A DNA stretch of 14,932 nucleotides from a virus (taxonomy: Duplodnaviria; Heunggongvirae; Uroviricota; Caudoviricetes), in the IMG/VR virus record IMGVR_UViG_2660238190_000004, positions 1 through 14,932 of that record; one strand, written 5' to 3'. The notes under the pieces were generated by a model. That model ran no database searches. It was not told the DNA's origin and saw nothing but the letters and a program-made list of their open reading frames with translations. Shown here one piece after another: positions 14,381-14,932 of this stretch (the first letter of the stretch is position 1; every line of letters starts with the position of its first letter). Position numbers and translations under genes: made by a program.

Positions 14381-14659
14381 TTACCTCCAGATACGTTGCT
14401 GGAATGTGCGGGACGGACGCGGTGGCCGTTCGGAGTAAGGGAGCCTGACGGAGATTATCCAGTGACGGTAGTCGAGGCTAAGGGCTTTTTTAACCTCGCA
14501 TCCGCGCCTGCGGTAACACTGAATGAGCCAATCGGCCTGTTCTTCAGTGCATGGGGGATGCTGGTACCAGTCTGACTTAAATGCATGAGAATACCGCTCG
14601 TGCGTGTGGGCAAGAACGGTCGAATTATCATGATTGTAATATTTTGCGTTGCGTGCCAT
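14381..14659 (-). CDS. hypothetical nin-region protein
   Basis: 92-aa ORF with ATG start and SD GGAGAAAA; translationally coupled to the downstream DUF968 gene. No family recognised. Confidence 0.5.
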   Translation of the reverse strand: MARNAKYYNHDNSTVLAHTHERYSHAFKSDWYQHPPCTEEQADWLIQCYRRRGCEVKKALSLDYRHWIISVRLPYSERPPRPSRTFQQRIWR

Positions 14660-14725
14660 CGGTTTTCTCCGGTGGCACGGTGTTACTCAGCGGGAGTTCA
14701 GCCCCGCGCAAGATTGTAGATGAGT

Positions 14726-14932
14726 TTATTCTTCTGAAAAAGCAGAAAAGCCAGCTTTTATTCCGATCTCTTTCAATGCCTGTAATGAAGTGACAAACTC
14801 ACCGTCGCGCAAGATAAATCCGTCCGTCACTCGGGCATCCACAAAATTAATTAACGCAGCCCCATTTTTTTGCAAACACACAATGCGGTAATGACTAACA
14901 ATATTTCCATTTTCAACGCACACAGCATAGAG
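14726..14932 (-). CDS. hypothetical protein, 5' end possibly outside the window
   Basis: Frame open to the window edge; the only in-window start is a GTG at 14921-14923. No family recognised. Confidence 0.25.
   Translation of the reverse strand, partial: LYAVCVENGNIVSHYRIVCLQKNGAALINFVDARVTDGFILRDGEFVTSLQALKEIGIKAGFSAFSEE

Noticed and set aside
13477-14575. ORFs of 61-106 aa on both strands
   Set aside because: Antisense to or alternate frames of the DUF968-like gene and the 92-aa gene.
14581-14793. 70-aa plus-strand ORF
   Set aside because: Antisense to the 92-aa gene and the terminal partial ORF; no SD and no recognisable features.
1-14932. CRISPR array, insertion sequence or integrase
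   Set aside because: No short regularly spaced repeats, no transposase-like or integrase-like ORF, and no terminal inverted repeats were seen. The repeats present are long, diverged direct repeats.

Overview
This window reads as the late region of a defective lambdoid prophage of an enterobacterial (E. coli-like) host, laid out like the Qin/DLP12 cryptic prophages, with nearly all genes on the minus strand. In transcription order (high to low coordinates) it carries: a partial nin-region ORF, a small hypothetical gene, a DUF968 protein, RusA, antiterminator Q with a lambda-like pR'/qut/tR' module, a small ORF, an orphan DNA amino-methyltransferase, a tRNA cluster, and an ORF-poor locus with two diverged direct repeats where Stx phages carry stx. 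These are followed by a NanS-p-like sialate O-acetylesterase, a lysis cassette (holin, DUF1327, SAR endolysin, Rz/Rz1), a recognisable cos site, a 3'-truncated Nu1 fused to the C-terminus of a side tail fibre gene, an intact tfa, a SAM-dependent methyltransferase between direct repeats, and a frameshifted tfa fragment. The most interesting candidate is an AT-rich, convergent, 3'-overlapping gene pair at 3118-4747 inserted between Rz/Rz1 and cos: a protein resembling the phage P4 Beta family plus a predicted PD-(D/E)xK nuclease, which I propose is a prophage-borne defence or toxin-type module. All calls rest on reading the sequence and translations and on recalled family signatures; no database search was run.
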